Part shown: positions 1 through 7,939 of the stretch, in pieces
Numbering within the stretch: position 1 is the stretch's first letter
How the letters are laid out: the number at the start of each line of letters is the position of its first letter
Source: Chthonomonadales bacterium
GTDB lineage: Bacteria > Armatimonadota > Chthonomonadetes > Chthonomonadales > Chthonomonadaceae
Reading direction: 5' to 3'
DNA: 19,078 nt
Assembly (NCBI GenBank): GCA_038217285.1
Contig: JBBQPO010000100.1
Coordinates: 1 to 19,078 of the forward strand
Program-made: the position numbers and the translations under genes
Notes under the pieces: generated by a model
Databases searched by the model: none
What the model was told of the DNA's origin: nothing
Seen by the model: only the letters and a program-made list of their open reading frames with translations

Positions 1-47
1 AATTCTTGCCGGACTTGTTGTACAATCTCTTGGGAGTTGGCGGACAT
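1..47 (-). CDS. N-terminal fragment (MSANSQEIVQQVRQE...) of a probable transposase, truncated by the window edge
   Basis: AGGAGG-ctctc-ATG on the minus strand with an open frame to the window edge. The N-terminus resembles those of ISKra4-family transposases. Only 15 codons are visible. Confidence 0.5.
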   Translation of the reverse strand, partial: MSANSQEIVQQVRQE

Positions 48-141
48 GAGAGCCTCCTGGTGGCTGACTGAGTGAGATCAAACAGATTACCAGAAAGTGA
101 CACAGGAAGCCAACTCCCTCCAAATGAAACGGAACGCACCC
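1..141 (-). mobile_element. Probable left end of an insertion sequence (ISKra4-like), with the element continuing off the window's left edge
   Basis: The minus strand from 141 reads GGGTGCGTTCCGTTTCATTTG, resembling a GGG-starting IS terminal inverted repeat. About 95 nt inside are an AGGAGG RBS and an ATG at 47. The family assignment rests on recalled resemblance only, and the other end is outside the window. Confidence 0.5.
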
Positions 142-221
142 CTTGCATTCCACCCTCCATGCGGTGTCACGCGCCCGTTGCGTTTCTTAACCGTGCGATT
201 GTCTAATTTGTTTGCCCACTG

Positions 222-866
222 TTATCGCGGCAGCGTACTACCTGCGGGTGCAGTGAGCGGCATATAGAGGTATTCCCGGCCTCCGCTGATGGCCCGGCTC
301 TGTTCTTCCCGACGTATCACGCGCATCTGGTGCAGTTTGCGAAGCCGATTGCTGGCTGCACTCGGAAGCAACTGGAAGTGTGCCTGCAACTGCGCGGCGG
401 TCAGGCTTCCGACCTGGGTGAGTAAGGCCATCGTGGCGCGCTCGGACAGGGTGAGCTTGCCCGCGATCCGCCATCTGCCCGTTGTGCTGAGGGTGGGAAC
501 CACGCACCGTCTGCTGCACGCAATCAGGTTCACGGCGTCGAATAGATCGGTGTTCTCTTCCTCGGCATAGAGCGCCATATATTTTTCTTCCCCGGCCGGG
601 GCGAGGGCTACCGGATAGAGAACGGCCAGCGCTTCCTGCAACGCGAAATAGGAGGTTACATGCACGGCGCTGAAGTCCACAATCAGTATCTGTCCGGCGG
701 GCATGCTATAGAGTCGCTGTCGTATCTGCTGGCCAACCCACTCTCCCTCGGCGCGTTCCGTCAGCGCATCGCCGTTCAGGCCAGCGCGTACTTCAAAAAT
801 ATGGGTGAAAGTCGAAGGGATCGCGAGGCGTTCCACGCGATTCGTTTCCGGTGCAGCCTGACTCAT
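222..866 (-). CDS. STAS-like (DUF4325-like) domain plus C-terminal winged-helix DNA-binding protein
   Basis: The N-terminal LTERAEG...LIVDFSAVHVTSYF..QE pattern resembles STAS-like DUF4325. The C-terminal LTAAQLQAHFQLLPSAASNRLRKLHQMRVIRR...GGREYLY is a MarR/ArsR-type wHTH. It starts 29 nt downstream of the AraC gene. Confidence 0.7.
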   Translation of the reverse strand: MSQAAPETNRVERLAIPSTFTHIFEVRAGLNGDALTERAEGEWVGQQIRQRLYSMPAGQILIVDFSAVHVTSYFALQEALAVLYPVALAPAGEEKYMALYAEEENTDLFDAVNLIACSRRCVVPTLSTTGRWRIAGKLTLSERATMALLTQVGSLTAAQLQAHFQLLPSAASNRLRKLHQMRVIRREEQSRAISGGREYLYMPLTAPAGSTLPR

Positions 867-895
867 GGCGTTGTCTCGCTTCGGAATATATAGAG

Positions 896-1639
896 TCAGG
901 ATATCACAGGCTGCGCGTTCCTGCCCCGCAGAAATTGCCCGTTTTGCAGCGGATGTTTCGACTGTTGGCGGAACTGCGTGGGAGTCTGCTTGCGACGACT
1001 GCGGAACACGCGTTCGAAATGCGACAGATCGTTGAAGCCGACTTCAAATGCGATGTCGGTGACGGCGCGTTCGGAGTGCAGGAGAAGATCCGCCGCGCGT
1101 TTGATGCGGAATTCGGAGAGATAGGCGACGAACGACATTCCCATCTGCTCTTTGAAGACCTTGCAGAAATGGCATCGGCTGTAGCAAGCGGCCTGCGCCG
1201 CATCGTCGAGCGTCATGGGTTCGGTGTAGCGGGCTGCGATGAAGTCGAGCGCGGTTTTTATGCTGGAGGTATAGCCGCTACCCGGAGGTTCCAGCAGCGT
1301 GAGCGTTTTGCTCAGGGCCAACTGGCGCAACGCGGAGAGAGGTGTCGGATGTGTGGGCACATCCGCCATAAAGGCGCGGAATATCTCCTCATGGGCGTCC
1401 GAACCGCATGTCAACATGGGCACGGCCCGGGCTGCTTTCCATACTATTTGCGCGGCGCGTTCCCATTCGACAGGGGAAAAGCTGCCTATAAGCGCAATCA
1501 GGTCGAGTGGCGTCTCGTCGATCGCACAGCAGATGTCTTGGATGTGGGCAGTATGGAGGACGCGCCAGCCGTTTCCGGCTGCCGAAGTGATCATCGGGAC
1601 GCACTGTTTCCAGTCGCCGATAGTAAGCATCGTCTTCAT
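896..1639 (-). CDS. AraC-family transcriptional regulator with a degenerate receiver-like N-terminal domain
   Basis: C-terminal double HTH with the AraC signature (TLDDAAQAACYSRCHFCKVFKEQMG...VTDIAFEVGFNDLSHFERVFR...TPTQFR). GAGGG RBS upstream of the ATG. Confidence 0.92.
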   Translation of the reverse strand: MKTMLTIGDWKQCVPMITSAAGNGWRVLHTAHIQDICCAIDETPLDLIALIGSFSPVEWERAAQIVWKAARAVPMLTCGSDAHEEIFRAFMADVPTHPTPLSALRQLALSKTLTLLEPPGSGYTSSIKTALDFIAARYTEPMTLDDAAQAACYSRCHFCKVFKEQMGMSFVAYLSEFRIKRAADLLLHSERAVTDIAFEVGFNDLSHFERVFRSRRKQTPTQFRQQSKHPLQNGQFLRGRNAQPVIS

Positions 1640-2062
1640 TGTAGGTTAACCCTCGTGGTGCTGCATAAAGTCTGCCCGCTCTGGATCTATGCAGAAAGCG
1701 GTTCCACCGTAGCGGGCGCCCTGCCGACTGTTGTTTCCTGGCGTCGGTGCAGGAGCGTGACTATCGCGTTTAGCAAATTTCGATAAAATCGCCGCGTAGC
1801 GCCAAACTCGATCAGAGGCCAGCCTGCCGTTACGAACGGCGCGGTTCGCCTGGAACGACACGCTCTGTTAAGAACTGGCGTGTTTACGTCGGTTGGGCGT
1901 GGGCGAAAGGATACCGCTGGACGTAGTGCGGGGGACACCGGCGTCCGGCATTTATACGAAGAGGGTTGCACCATGAGGCGTCTGGAAACAGCGCAGGGGC
2001 GTCGCGAGGACGCCGCCATCTGACAACGGTAATGATAACAGGAAACTCGTTTCGTCGCCAGT

Positions 2063-2092
2063 CATATATTTGTACTTCGTACGCATATATTT
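2063..2092. promoter_or_regulatory. CATATATTT direct repeat with a 21-bp period, a candidate transcription factor binding site
   Basis: CATATATTT at 2063-2071 and 2084-2092, in an AT-rich patch of the divergent AraC/oxidoreductase intergenic region. Confidence 0.4.
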
Positions 2093-2210
2093 CGATTGTT
2101 TGGTGAAAAACGATTTTCGAGGTCAAGGAGCGGGCCGTCACGGCGTGAAACTCCTTCCGACGACACGTCGTAAAAGAGACGATGACATTTTCGCCCTGGA
2201 GGAAACGACC

Positions 2211-3278
2211 ATAACGCATCTTTTTGAACCGCTCTCCCTGCGCGGCACGACCTTCCGCAACCGCATCGTCGTCTCCCCTATGTGCCAGTACAGCAGCCAG
2301 GATGGGTACGCCAACGACTGGCATCTGGTGCATCTGGGAGGGAGGGCGGCAGGCGGAGCAGGTCTGGTCTTTACGGAAGCCGCCGCCATCGAAGCGCGTG
2401 GTCGCATCAGCCCCCAGGATCTTGGCCTCTATCAGGAGGGCCACATCGAGATGCTCCACCGCATCACCACGTTTGTGAAGCAGCACGGAGCCGTGACAGG
2501 CATCCAACTGGCGCATGCGGGGCGAAAAGCCGGCACGGCGCCTCCCTGGGAGGGCGGTGGGCCGCTCTCGGAGGAGCAGGGCGGCTGGAGCCCTATCGTC
2601 GGGCCGAGCGCGCTCCCTTTCGATGCGGACTACGAAACCCCCGATTCTCTGGATGAGGCCGGTATCCAGGCGATCGTTCGCGCCTTCGGCCTGGCGGCGC
2701 AGCGAGCCGAACAGGCTGGCTTCGAGGTGATCGAACTGCATGGCGCCCACGGCTATCTGCTGAACTCGTTTTTGTCGCCGCTCAGCAACCATCGTTCGGA
2801 CGGCTACGGCGGCAGTTTCCAGAATCGCACCCGCTTCCTGCGCGAAGTCGTTGCGGAGGTCCGCCGCGTCTGGCCGGAGCGGCTGCCGCTTTTCGTGCGT
2901 CTCTCCGTCACGGACTGGGTGGAAGGTGGCTGGACCATCGAGGATTCCATCGAATTAGCGCGTACCCTCAAATCTCTCGGCGTCGACCTGATCGACTGCT
3001 CCTCAGGCGGGAACGCGCCGCACGTCGCCATCCCTATCGGCGCGGGGTATCAGACCGCCTTCGCGGCGCGGATCCGGCGAGAGGCCGACATTCCGACAGG
3101 CGCGGTCGGCATGATTACCGCCCCACAGCAGGCCGAAACCATCGTTCGCACCGAGCAGGCGGACATGGTCTTCCTGGCCCGCGAACTGCTGCGAGATCCC
3201 CACTGGCCCCTGCGCGCCGCCAGGGAACTTCACCAACAGATCCCCGTCCCGCCGCAGTACGAACGCGCCTGGAAGTAA
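2211..3278 (+). CDS. namA: NADH:flavin oxidoreductase, Old Yellow Enzyme family, YqjM/NamA-like
   Basis: SPMCQYS, QLAHAGRKA, catalytic HGAHGYL, D-x-YGGS-x-x-NR and the C-terminal arginine-finger QYERAW of the YqjM class. The homologous N-terminus (xTHLFEPL) begins at an ATA codon at 2211, 8 nt after GGAGG. The ORF track's TTG start at 2070 adds a non-homologous extension. Confidence 0.9.
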   Translation: MTHLFEPLSLRGTTFRNRIVVSPMCQYSSQDGYANDWHLVHLGGRAAGGAGLVFTEAAAIEARGRISPQDLGLYQEGHIEMLHRITTFVKQHGAVTGIQLAHAGRKAGTAPPWEGGGPLSEEQGGWSPIVGPSALPFDADYETPDSLDEAGIQAIVRAFGLAAQRAEQAGFEVIELHGAHGYLLNSFLSPLSNHRSDGYGGSFQNRTRFLREVVAEVRRVWPERLPLFVRLSVTDWVEGGWTIEDSIELARTLKSLGVDLIDCSSGGNAPHVAIPIGAGYQTAFAARIRREADIPTGAVGMITAPQQAETIVRTEQADMVFLARELLRDPHWPLRAARELHQQIPVPPQYERAWK

Positions 3279-3326
3279 TAACACAGACCCGACAGTTTCC
3301 TCTTACTCGATTTCTGTTTCAAATCG

Positions 3327-3356
3327 GCAGGAATATCCCCTGGTCATAGCGGAATA
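3327..3356 (+). promoter_or_regulatory. SigH-like promoter upstream of comEA
   Basis: GCAGGA-N19-GAATA, ending about 56 nt before the ATG at 3413. The spacer is slightly longer than the 17-18 nt typical of Bacillus SigH. Confidence 0.45.
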
Positions 3357-3412
3357 AGCCATCAAGATAGGGGACGAGCCTGGCTGTGCGGATCGAACCA
3401 GGGAAGGCGGAG

Positions 3413-4171
3413 ATGAGTCAACTGACACGTGGGCAGACTGTCGGTATCGTGGCGTTACTGGCCATCGTGACCGGTTGGGTAGGGGTGAACGCTCTGCACT
3501 CCGGCCCATCCGTTTCCACGCCGGGAATTGTCGTGCGCGAATCGCTGCCGGCTTCCAACAGTAACGCCTCTCCTCCGCTCTCTGCAGGCCCAGGGGCGAC
3601 TGCCCCGGCGCTCTCTTCCACAGCGTCGGAGATGGCTGGTTCCGAAATCGTCGTCCATGTCGCGGGTGCGGTGAAGAAACCGGGCGTCTACCATCTGAAG
3701 CCCGGTGCGCGTAACGACGAGGCCCTCCATGCGGCCGGTGGTTTTACCTCGTCCGCCAACCCGGACGCCGTTAATCTCGCCGCCCGGTGCGTGGACGGCA
3801 GTCAACTCTATATTCCGACCCGTGCAGAGCAGTCGTCCGGCGGATCCGCTCCACACGAGGCGGCGGCTTCCACCGTGACGACCCCCACCGAATCCCGCGT
3901 CGCCTCCCATTCCAAAAGCGCCAGGAGCGGTGGGCAAAGCGGCCACGCCTCCAGCAAGTTCTCCGACCCCGCGCAGGGCCAAATCAATCTCAATACCGCC
4001 GACGCCGCTCAACTCCAGCATATTCCCGGCATTGGCCCCGCGATGGCAGAGCGCATCCTCGCCTACCGCCGCACGGCCGGAACGTTCCAGACGACGGATG
4101 ATATGCTGCAGATTCCCGGCATCGGCGTTAAAAAATTCGAGAAGATGAAGGCTTATTTAACTGTACGCTGA
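3413..4171 (+). CDS. comEA: ComEA family DNA-binding competence protein
   Basis: N-terminal TM segment, SLBB domain (IVVHVAGAVKKPGVY...GAR..A...AGG), low-complexity linker and C-terminal HhH (INLNTADAAQLQHIPGIGPAMAERILAYR...IPGIGVKKFEK). GGAAGG RBS before the ATG at 3413. Confidence 0.93.
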   Translation: MSQLTRGQTVGIVALLAIVTGWVGVNALHSGPSVSTPGIVVRESLPASNSNASPPLSAGPGATAPALSSTASEMAGSEIVVHVAGAVKKPGVYHLKPGARNDEALHAAGGFTSSANPDAVNLAARCVDGSQLYIPTRAEQSSGGSAPHEAAASTVTTPTESRVASHSKSARSGGQSGHASSKFSDPAQGQINLNTADAAQLQHIPGIGPAMAERILAYRRTAGTFQTTDDMLQIPGIGVKKFEKMKAYLTVR

Positions 4172-4176
4172 CCCAA

Positions 4177-5370
4177 TCAGATCGTACTTTTGTCCGCTGC
4201 CTTTGCTTCATCATTCGCGATGTCAATCTCATTCACGATGGCGTTGGCATCCACATTCTCATCGTTACTCAGGACCGCAATGGTGATGCCGGAATTGAGG
4301 TAGCGCCGGATACAGGTGGAGGTTCCCATCCAGGAACCGACGTGCCAGACCATTCCGAGTTTCAAATCCGTATTCCAGCCGAACCCATAGCCATCGCCCT
4401 CGTTGTCAATCGGGCTGCCATCGTCCAGACGACCGGAGGCCCAGGCCAGTTTCTTCTGAGCGGCGGTAAGAATTTTGTCGTGCCGCAGGGCGTTATCCCA
4501 ACGGGCGATGTCGGTAATCGTCGTGAGTATATTCCCATCGCCGGTGATTTGGGTCCATTCCGAAGATTTCGAAGCCTCCCCCTTCTTCACCTTATAGCCC
4601 TGGACGAGGTTGGGGACCTTGAGATGAAGAGCGATTTTGTCGTGCACCACGCTGCTGCTCATCCCCGCTGGCTCAAAAAGACGCGTTTTGACGAAATCCG
4701 AATAAGACATGCCTGAAGTTCTCTCCACAATGAGCCCCAGGAGGACATACCCGCTGTTGTTGTATTCCCACTGCACGCCCGGCGCCCTATGAGATTTGGT
4801 GTGATTTATCCATTGCAGATGGGCGGACGGGGTCAATTTCTGAAACTCTTCATCGGTCCCATCCCAATCATCGCTGGTATAGTTGGCGAGGCCCGAAAGG
4901 TGGTACACCAGATCGGCCACAGTGACTTCGCGTCCCCTGACAGGCACTTTGAAATCGGGAAGCACTTTGCGGACCGAATCGGACAGTGCAAACTTGCCAT
5001 CGGAAATCAGGAGCAGCACCGCCGCAGCAGTGAACTGCTTGGACATCGACGCCAGATCGAACACCGAACTGGGAGTGATCGGTTTTTCGCCAGCTGCGTC
5101 GGCTATGCCGTAACACTGCATGAGTTTCACCACGCCGTTGTCGGTGATAAGTACGGCAGCTCCCGGCCCGTCTTTATGGAAATGCCTGGACAAAATCTTT
5201 ACGACTGCGGCATTGAGCGAGGTATCCGCAGGGTTGCGGGTTGTAGTCCCGGCGTCGACATTAGCCGCAGCAGCCCTCAACTCGCCGCTATACGGCATCA
5301 GCGCGCCGATCAGCAGCGCGACGGGCCAGAGCGCTCGCGTGGATCGCACCATTTTATTCACTTTGATCAT
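4177..5370 (-). CDS. Secreted serine hydrolase of the beta-lactamase/AmpC/R61 DD-peptidase family
   Basis: F-x-LAS-M-S-K (SxxK), YNN (YxN), HVG (HxG) and the L-x-x-H-x-SG motif. Signal-peptide-like N-terminus. The start is uncertain (5370 or 5352). The ORF track's 5421 is probably too long. Confidence 0.88.
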   Translation of the reverse strand: MIKVNKMVRSTRALWPVALLIGALMPYSGELRAAAANVDAGTTTRNPADTSLNAAVVKILSRHFHKDGPGAAVLITDNGVVKLMQCYGIADAAGEKPITPSSVFDLASMSKQFTAAAVLLLISDGKFALSDSVRKVLPDFKVPVRGREVTVADLVYHLSGLANYTSDDWDGTDEEFQKLTPSAHLQWINHTKSHRAPGVQWEYNNSGYVLLGLIVERTSGMSYSDFVKTRLFEPAGMSSSVVHDKIALHLKVPNLVQGYKVKKGEASKSSEWTQITGDGNILTTITDIARWDNALRHDKILTAAQKKLAWASGRLDDGSPIDNEGDGYGFGWNTDLKLGMVWHVGSWMGTSTCIRRYLNSGITIAVLSNDENVDANAIVNEIDIANDEAKAADKSTI

Positions 5371-5466
5371 GCTCTTCTTATGCGGTGTTGAGCGACAGTT
5401 ATCCTTCCCGTCCGACGACAACTAATTTTCCCGTTGGTAGGTTCACTGAGCAGGTCCCGCTTCGCC

Positions 5467-5958
5467 TTAACCTTCCCGATCCTGCCCACAAGTGGCTCGG
5501 AGCAGTTCCTCCGGGGGCGTCTCCTGGCCCGACTGACCGGGGCGGAGGAGCTCGGCCTGCTGTTGGGAGGGTGGGAGATCGGAGGGACGCACAAGACACT
5601 CTTCGGAGGGAGCAGGGTGGTGATTGCGAGGCGTAATGAGGCGAACCGATTCGACTCCTGATCCTGCTTTGAAACATTCGTATACGAAGCCAAAAATCTG
5701 ACTCAACTCTAACAGCAAAAGCACGATCGCTATAATAACCCCTATAATTATCAATGCCCATCCGAAGATGCCTGGATGAAACGGCGCGTTGTCGACGACT
5801 GTTGGCGTCGGGGTGGAAGGAGAATAGTTGATCAAACAGTTGAAAGCGACATAAATAACCACCCCGATAATTCCCGCAGCGCACCATAAGATCCTTTTTA
5901 CAACCAGGCCACGATATTCGCCCTTGTGTACCCATCTCTTTGCTGGCGTCTCTCGCAT
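5467..5958 (-). CDS. Hypothetical membrane protein with two TM segments and a C-terminal (E/Q)-L-(L/V)-R repeat tail
   Basis: AGGAG RBS, two hydrophobic stretches, and the tail EECLVRPS...AELLRPG...TPPEELLRA. Confidence 0.7.
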   Translation of the reverse strand: MRETPAKRWVHKGEYRGLVVKRILWCAAGIIGVVIYVAFNCLINYSPSTPTPTVVDNAPFHPGIFGWALIIIGVIIAIVLLLLELSQIFGFVYECFKAGSGVESVRLITPRNHHPAPSEECLVRPSDLPPSQQQAELLRPGQSGQETPPEELLRATCGQDREG

Positions 5959-6028
5959 GGTTTGCTTCTCCTGATGTGTTTGCCGCTCTGCCCTATATAC
6001 CTAAAATACGAGGGCAATGGGGGAAGGG

Positions 6029-6136
6029 TGTCACAGCAATGCAGAAAAGAACGTGACATGCCCGCGCTATTTTAGGCGCGTGGCCATGGTCACCTTGGAA
6101 AGGTATAAATGTCACAATACAGGCAAGCGAAGCGTT
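6029..6136 (+). promoter_or_regulatory. Two tandem ECF-sigma-type promoters (TGTCACA-N16-CGT)
   Basis: TGTCACA(6029-6035)-N16-CGTG and TGTCACA(6110-6116)-N16-CGTT, upstream of the SIMPL gene. They resemble the ECF41 consensus TGTCACA-N16-CGTC. Confidence 0.5.
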
Positions 6137-6182
6137 AAAGACGAGAATGCGTTCCTTTCTTTTCAAACCAGGAGATGCGATC

Positions 6183-6929
6183 ATGAACCTCTCTTCTTTT
6201 CGACTCACAGGATCTCTCATGCTGGTGGTGCTCACCGCAGCCCAGGGGACTTCCACGCCGACGGCGAAGGCGGACAGGCGACCAACGGACAGCGTAAAGA
6301 CCAGCCATGCACAGGCACGCCGAATGACGATAGTGCGCACAGGATATGGGAGAGCAAAACCTGATTCGGCGACCATAGAAGTGCCTTATCAGGTGGAAGG
6401 CGTGTCCTTGGAGGAGGTGGAGAAGAAGCAGCGCGATCTGAAGCAGCAGTTAGAGACAGCCGTAAAGCCCTTCGATACAAAGAGCGGCACTGTATATGGT
6501 TCAGGTGGGCAGAGCGGCCAGGTCTACCGTGACGGTAAAACTCTGACGAATTATACGGGCAGCTTCAATGTTTATGTTCGCGACTTAACCCGATTCAAGC
6601 TCTTGCTTGGAGAACTCAGCAAGAGAACGACTTTTTCTCTGTCGGTTCGCTGTAAGGTGGAGAATATCGCTGCAGTACAATCGGCGATGAGCCGCGCGCA
6701 GTTAAATGCTGTCGCGGCCGCCAGGCGGCGGGCAGATGTGCTCGCAAAGGCCGCAGGCACGCGCATCGTGGGGATCTGGGAACTGAATGAGGGTGAATTC
6801 ACAGTAGTCTCACCAACGGAAATCCCTTTCCGCAAGCCTGCAGAATGTGAAATTCCGACGGAAATCGATGTGGCTTCCGCACAGATAACCATCGTATTCG
6901 AGCTAGCGCCTTCCGAACATATGCAATAG
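6183..6929 (+). CDS. SIMPL domain (DUF541/YggE-like) exported protein
   Basis: Signal peptide, then TIVRTGYGRAKPDSATI (SIMPL T-x-x-V-x-G-x-G-x-x-x-PD-x-A) and AVAAARRRADVLAKAAG. AGGAGA RBS before the ATG at 6183. Confidence 0.82.
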   Translation: MNLSSFRLTGSLMLVVLTAAQGTSTPTAKADRRPTDSVKTSHAQARRMTIVRTGYGRAKPDSATIEVPYQVEGVSLEEVEKKQRDLKQQLETAVKPFDTKSGTVYGSGGQSGQVYRDGKTLTNYTGSFNVYVRDLTRFKLLLGELSKRTTFSLSVRCKVENIAAVQSAMSRAQLNAVAAARRRADVLAKAAGTRIVGIWELNEGEFTVVSPTEIPFRKPAECEIPTEIDVASAQITIVFELAPSEHMQ

Positions 6930-7131
6930 CAGCATTGTTGGCGAGCCTGCGGAGCAGCCAGTATCGGCTATGAAAAATACCAGAAGATGAACTGTAGAGT
7001 TTGCCGGGAAGTGCGGTTCGAGTTGACGGATCAGACAATGAGACGGATCGCATAGCAAAGGAACCTTCTGGGTGATGAAAGATTCCATAGGGGTAGAGTA
7101 GAGTGCCGAGTTTTCTCGACGTCTCGACATG

Positions 7132-7164
7132 AACAGGCCGGGAGCATGTCGCTCCCGGCTTGTT
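7132..7164. terminator. Stem-loop, probable intrinsic terminator between the convergent SIMPL and PEP-CTERM genes
   Basis: AACAGGCCGGGAGC-atgtc-GCTCCCGGCTTGTT, a 14-bp stem with one G-T pair, 20 nt past the PEP-CTERM stop. Confidence 0.7.
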
Positions 7165-7184
7165 TGGTCGTTTGGTGCATGCGA

Positions 7185-7856
7185 TCAGCGCATGGCACGT
7201 TTGCGGCGCTTCAGGAAGAGGCCGCCAGAGAGGCCCACGCCTGTAAGGAGGGCGATGCTGCCGGGTTCCGGTGTGGTGCCTGGCGCGTTTACCGTTCCCC
7301 GAAGACGAACGCCTTCCAAGAATCGGTCTGTAGTGGTCACCGTCATCGTAAGGGTGTTCACTCCGGGATTGAAGAACGCGCTGCCTGCCGGTACACTAAA
7401 GGAGGTCAGTGAACCCCACACACTGCCGCCAAGCGTAGAGATAACGTTTCCATTGAGGCTCAGAGTCCCCGTGTCGTCTATCGCCCAGCCACCTGAAAGG
7501 GAGGCACCTGCGGGGTTGGACAGATTGAACGTGGTCGAGAACGAATATGGAGTGGGTCCCTGATCTGTAAGATTCGCGTCGTTGGCAATCCATACGGAAT
7601 TGGAGTCATTTGCGAGCCAGCCATTGAAAGAGTCGGCATTGTTCGGATAGACCGTCTGGGCTGCGCCGCCGATGCTTTTTGTCCAGTGCGCGTCGGGCTG
7701 CGCACCGGAACCGATCACAGTGTTACTGGCATCGAAGCCAGTCGAAACGTTAATGCTCTGCGCCCCTACCGCAACACTCGAAAGAGCGATAGCCGCCGCC
7801 GCAACGCCGCGCGTAAGAAGATTGTGCGAAATCAACCTTGTTTTCATACCTGCCAT
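7185..7856 (-). CDS. PEP-CTERM sorting-domain surface protein
   Basis: Signal peptide, an S/T/G/N-rich beta-type domain, and the C-terminal TPEPGSIALLTGVGLSGGLFLKRRKR (PEP, TM, basic tail). The start may be 7856 or 7847. Confidence 0.92.
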   Translation of the reverse strand: MAGMKTRLISHNLLTRGVAAAAIALSSVAVGAQSINVSTGFDASNTVIGSGAQPDAHWTKSIGGAAQTVYPNNADSFNGWLANDSNSVWIANDANLTDQGPTPYSFSTTFNLSNPAGASLSGGWAIDDTGTLSLNGNVISTLGGSVWGSLTSFSVPAGSAFFNPGVNTLTMTVTTTDRFLEGVRLRGTVNAPGTTPEPGSIALLTGVGLSGGLFLKRRKRAMR

Positions 7857-7910
7857 ATTCCTTCCCTAAAGAGAGTTCCACCGTGCCGACTGCATCGATG
7901 CCGTAAATTA

Positions 7911-7939
7911 TATTCGGCGTTGGAAAGAGGGTTTCCTGC
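7911..7939 (-). promoter_or_regulatory. SigH-like promoter upstream of the PEP-CTERM gene
   Basis: The minus strand reads GCAGGA-aaccctctttccaacgcc(18)-GAATA, about 55 nt before the start codon. Confidence 0.55.

Noticed and set aside
851..1786. 311-aa plus-strand ORF
   Set aside because: Antisense to the well-supported AraC gene.
1973..2023. 16-aa ORF MRRLETAQGRREDAAI with a GAGGG RBS-like sequence
   Set aside because: Too short to support without conservation data, and it has no leader-peptide features.
1640..2060. Possible riboswitch or ncRNA in the long intergenic region (small hairpins near 1826-1840 and 1998-2014)
   Set aside because: No known riboswitch consensus was recognised, and short GC hairpins are expected by chance. 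An Rfam search would be needed.
2070..2210. 47-codon N-terminal extension of the oxidoreductase from the TTG at 2070
   Set aside because: It does not resemble OYE N-termini, has no RBS, and overlaps probable promoter DNA.
1884..2792. 302-aa minus-strand ORF
   Set aside because: Antisense shadow of the flavin oxidoreductase.
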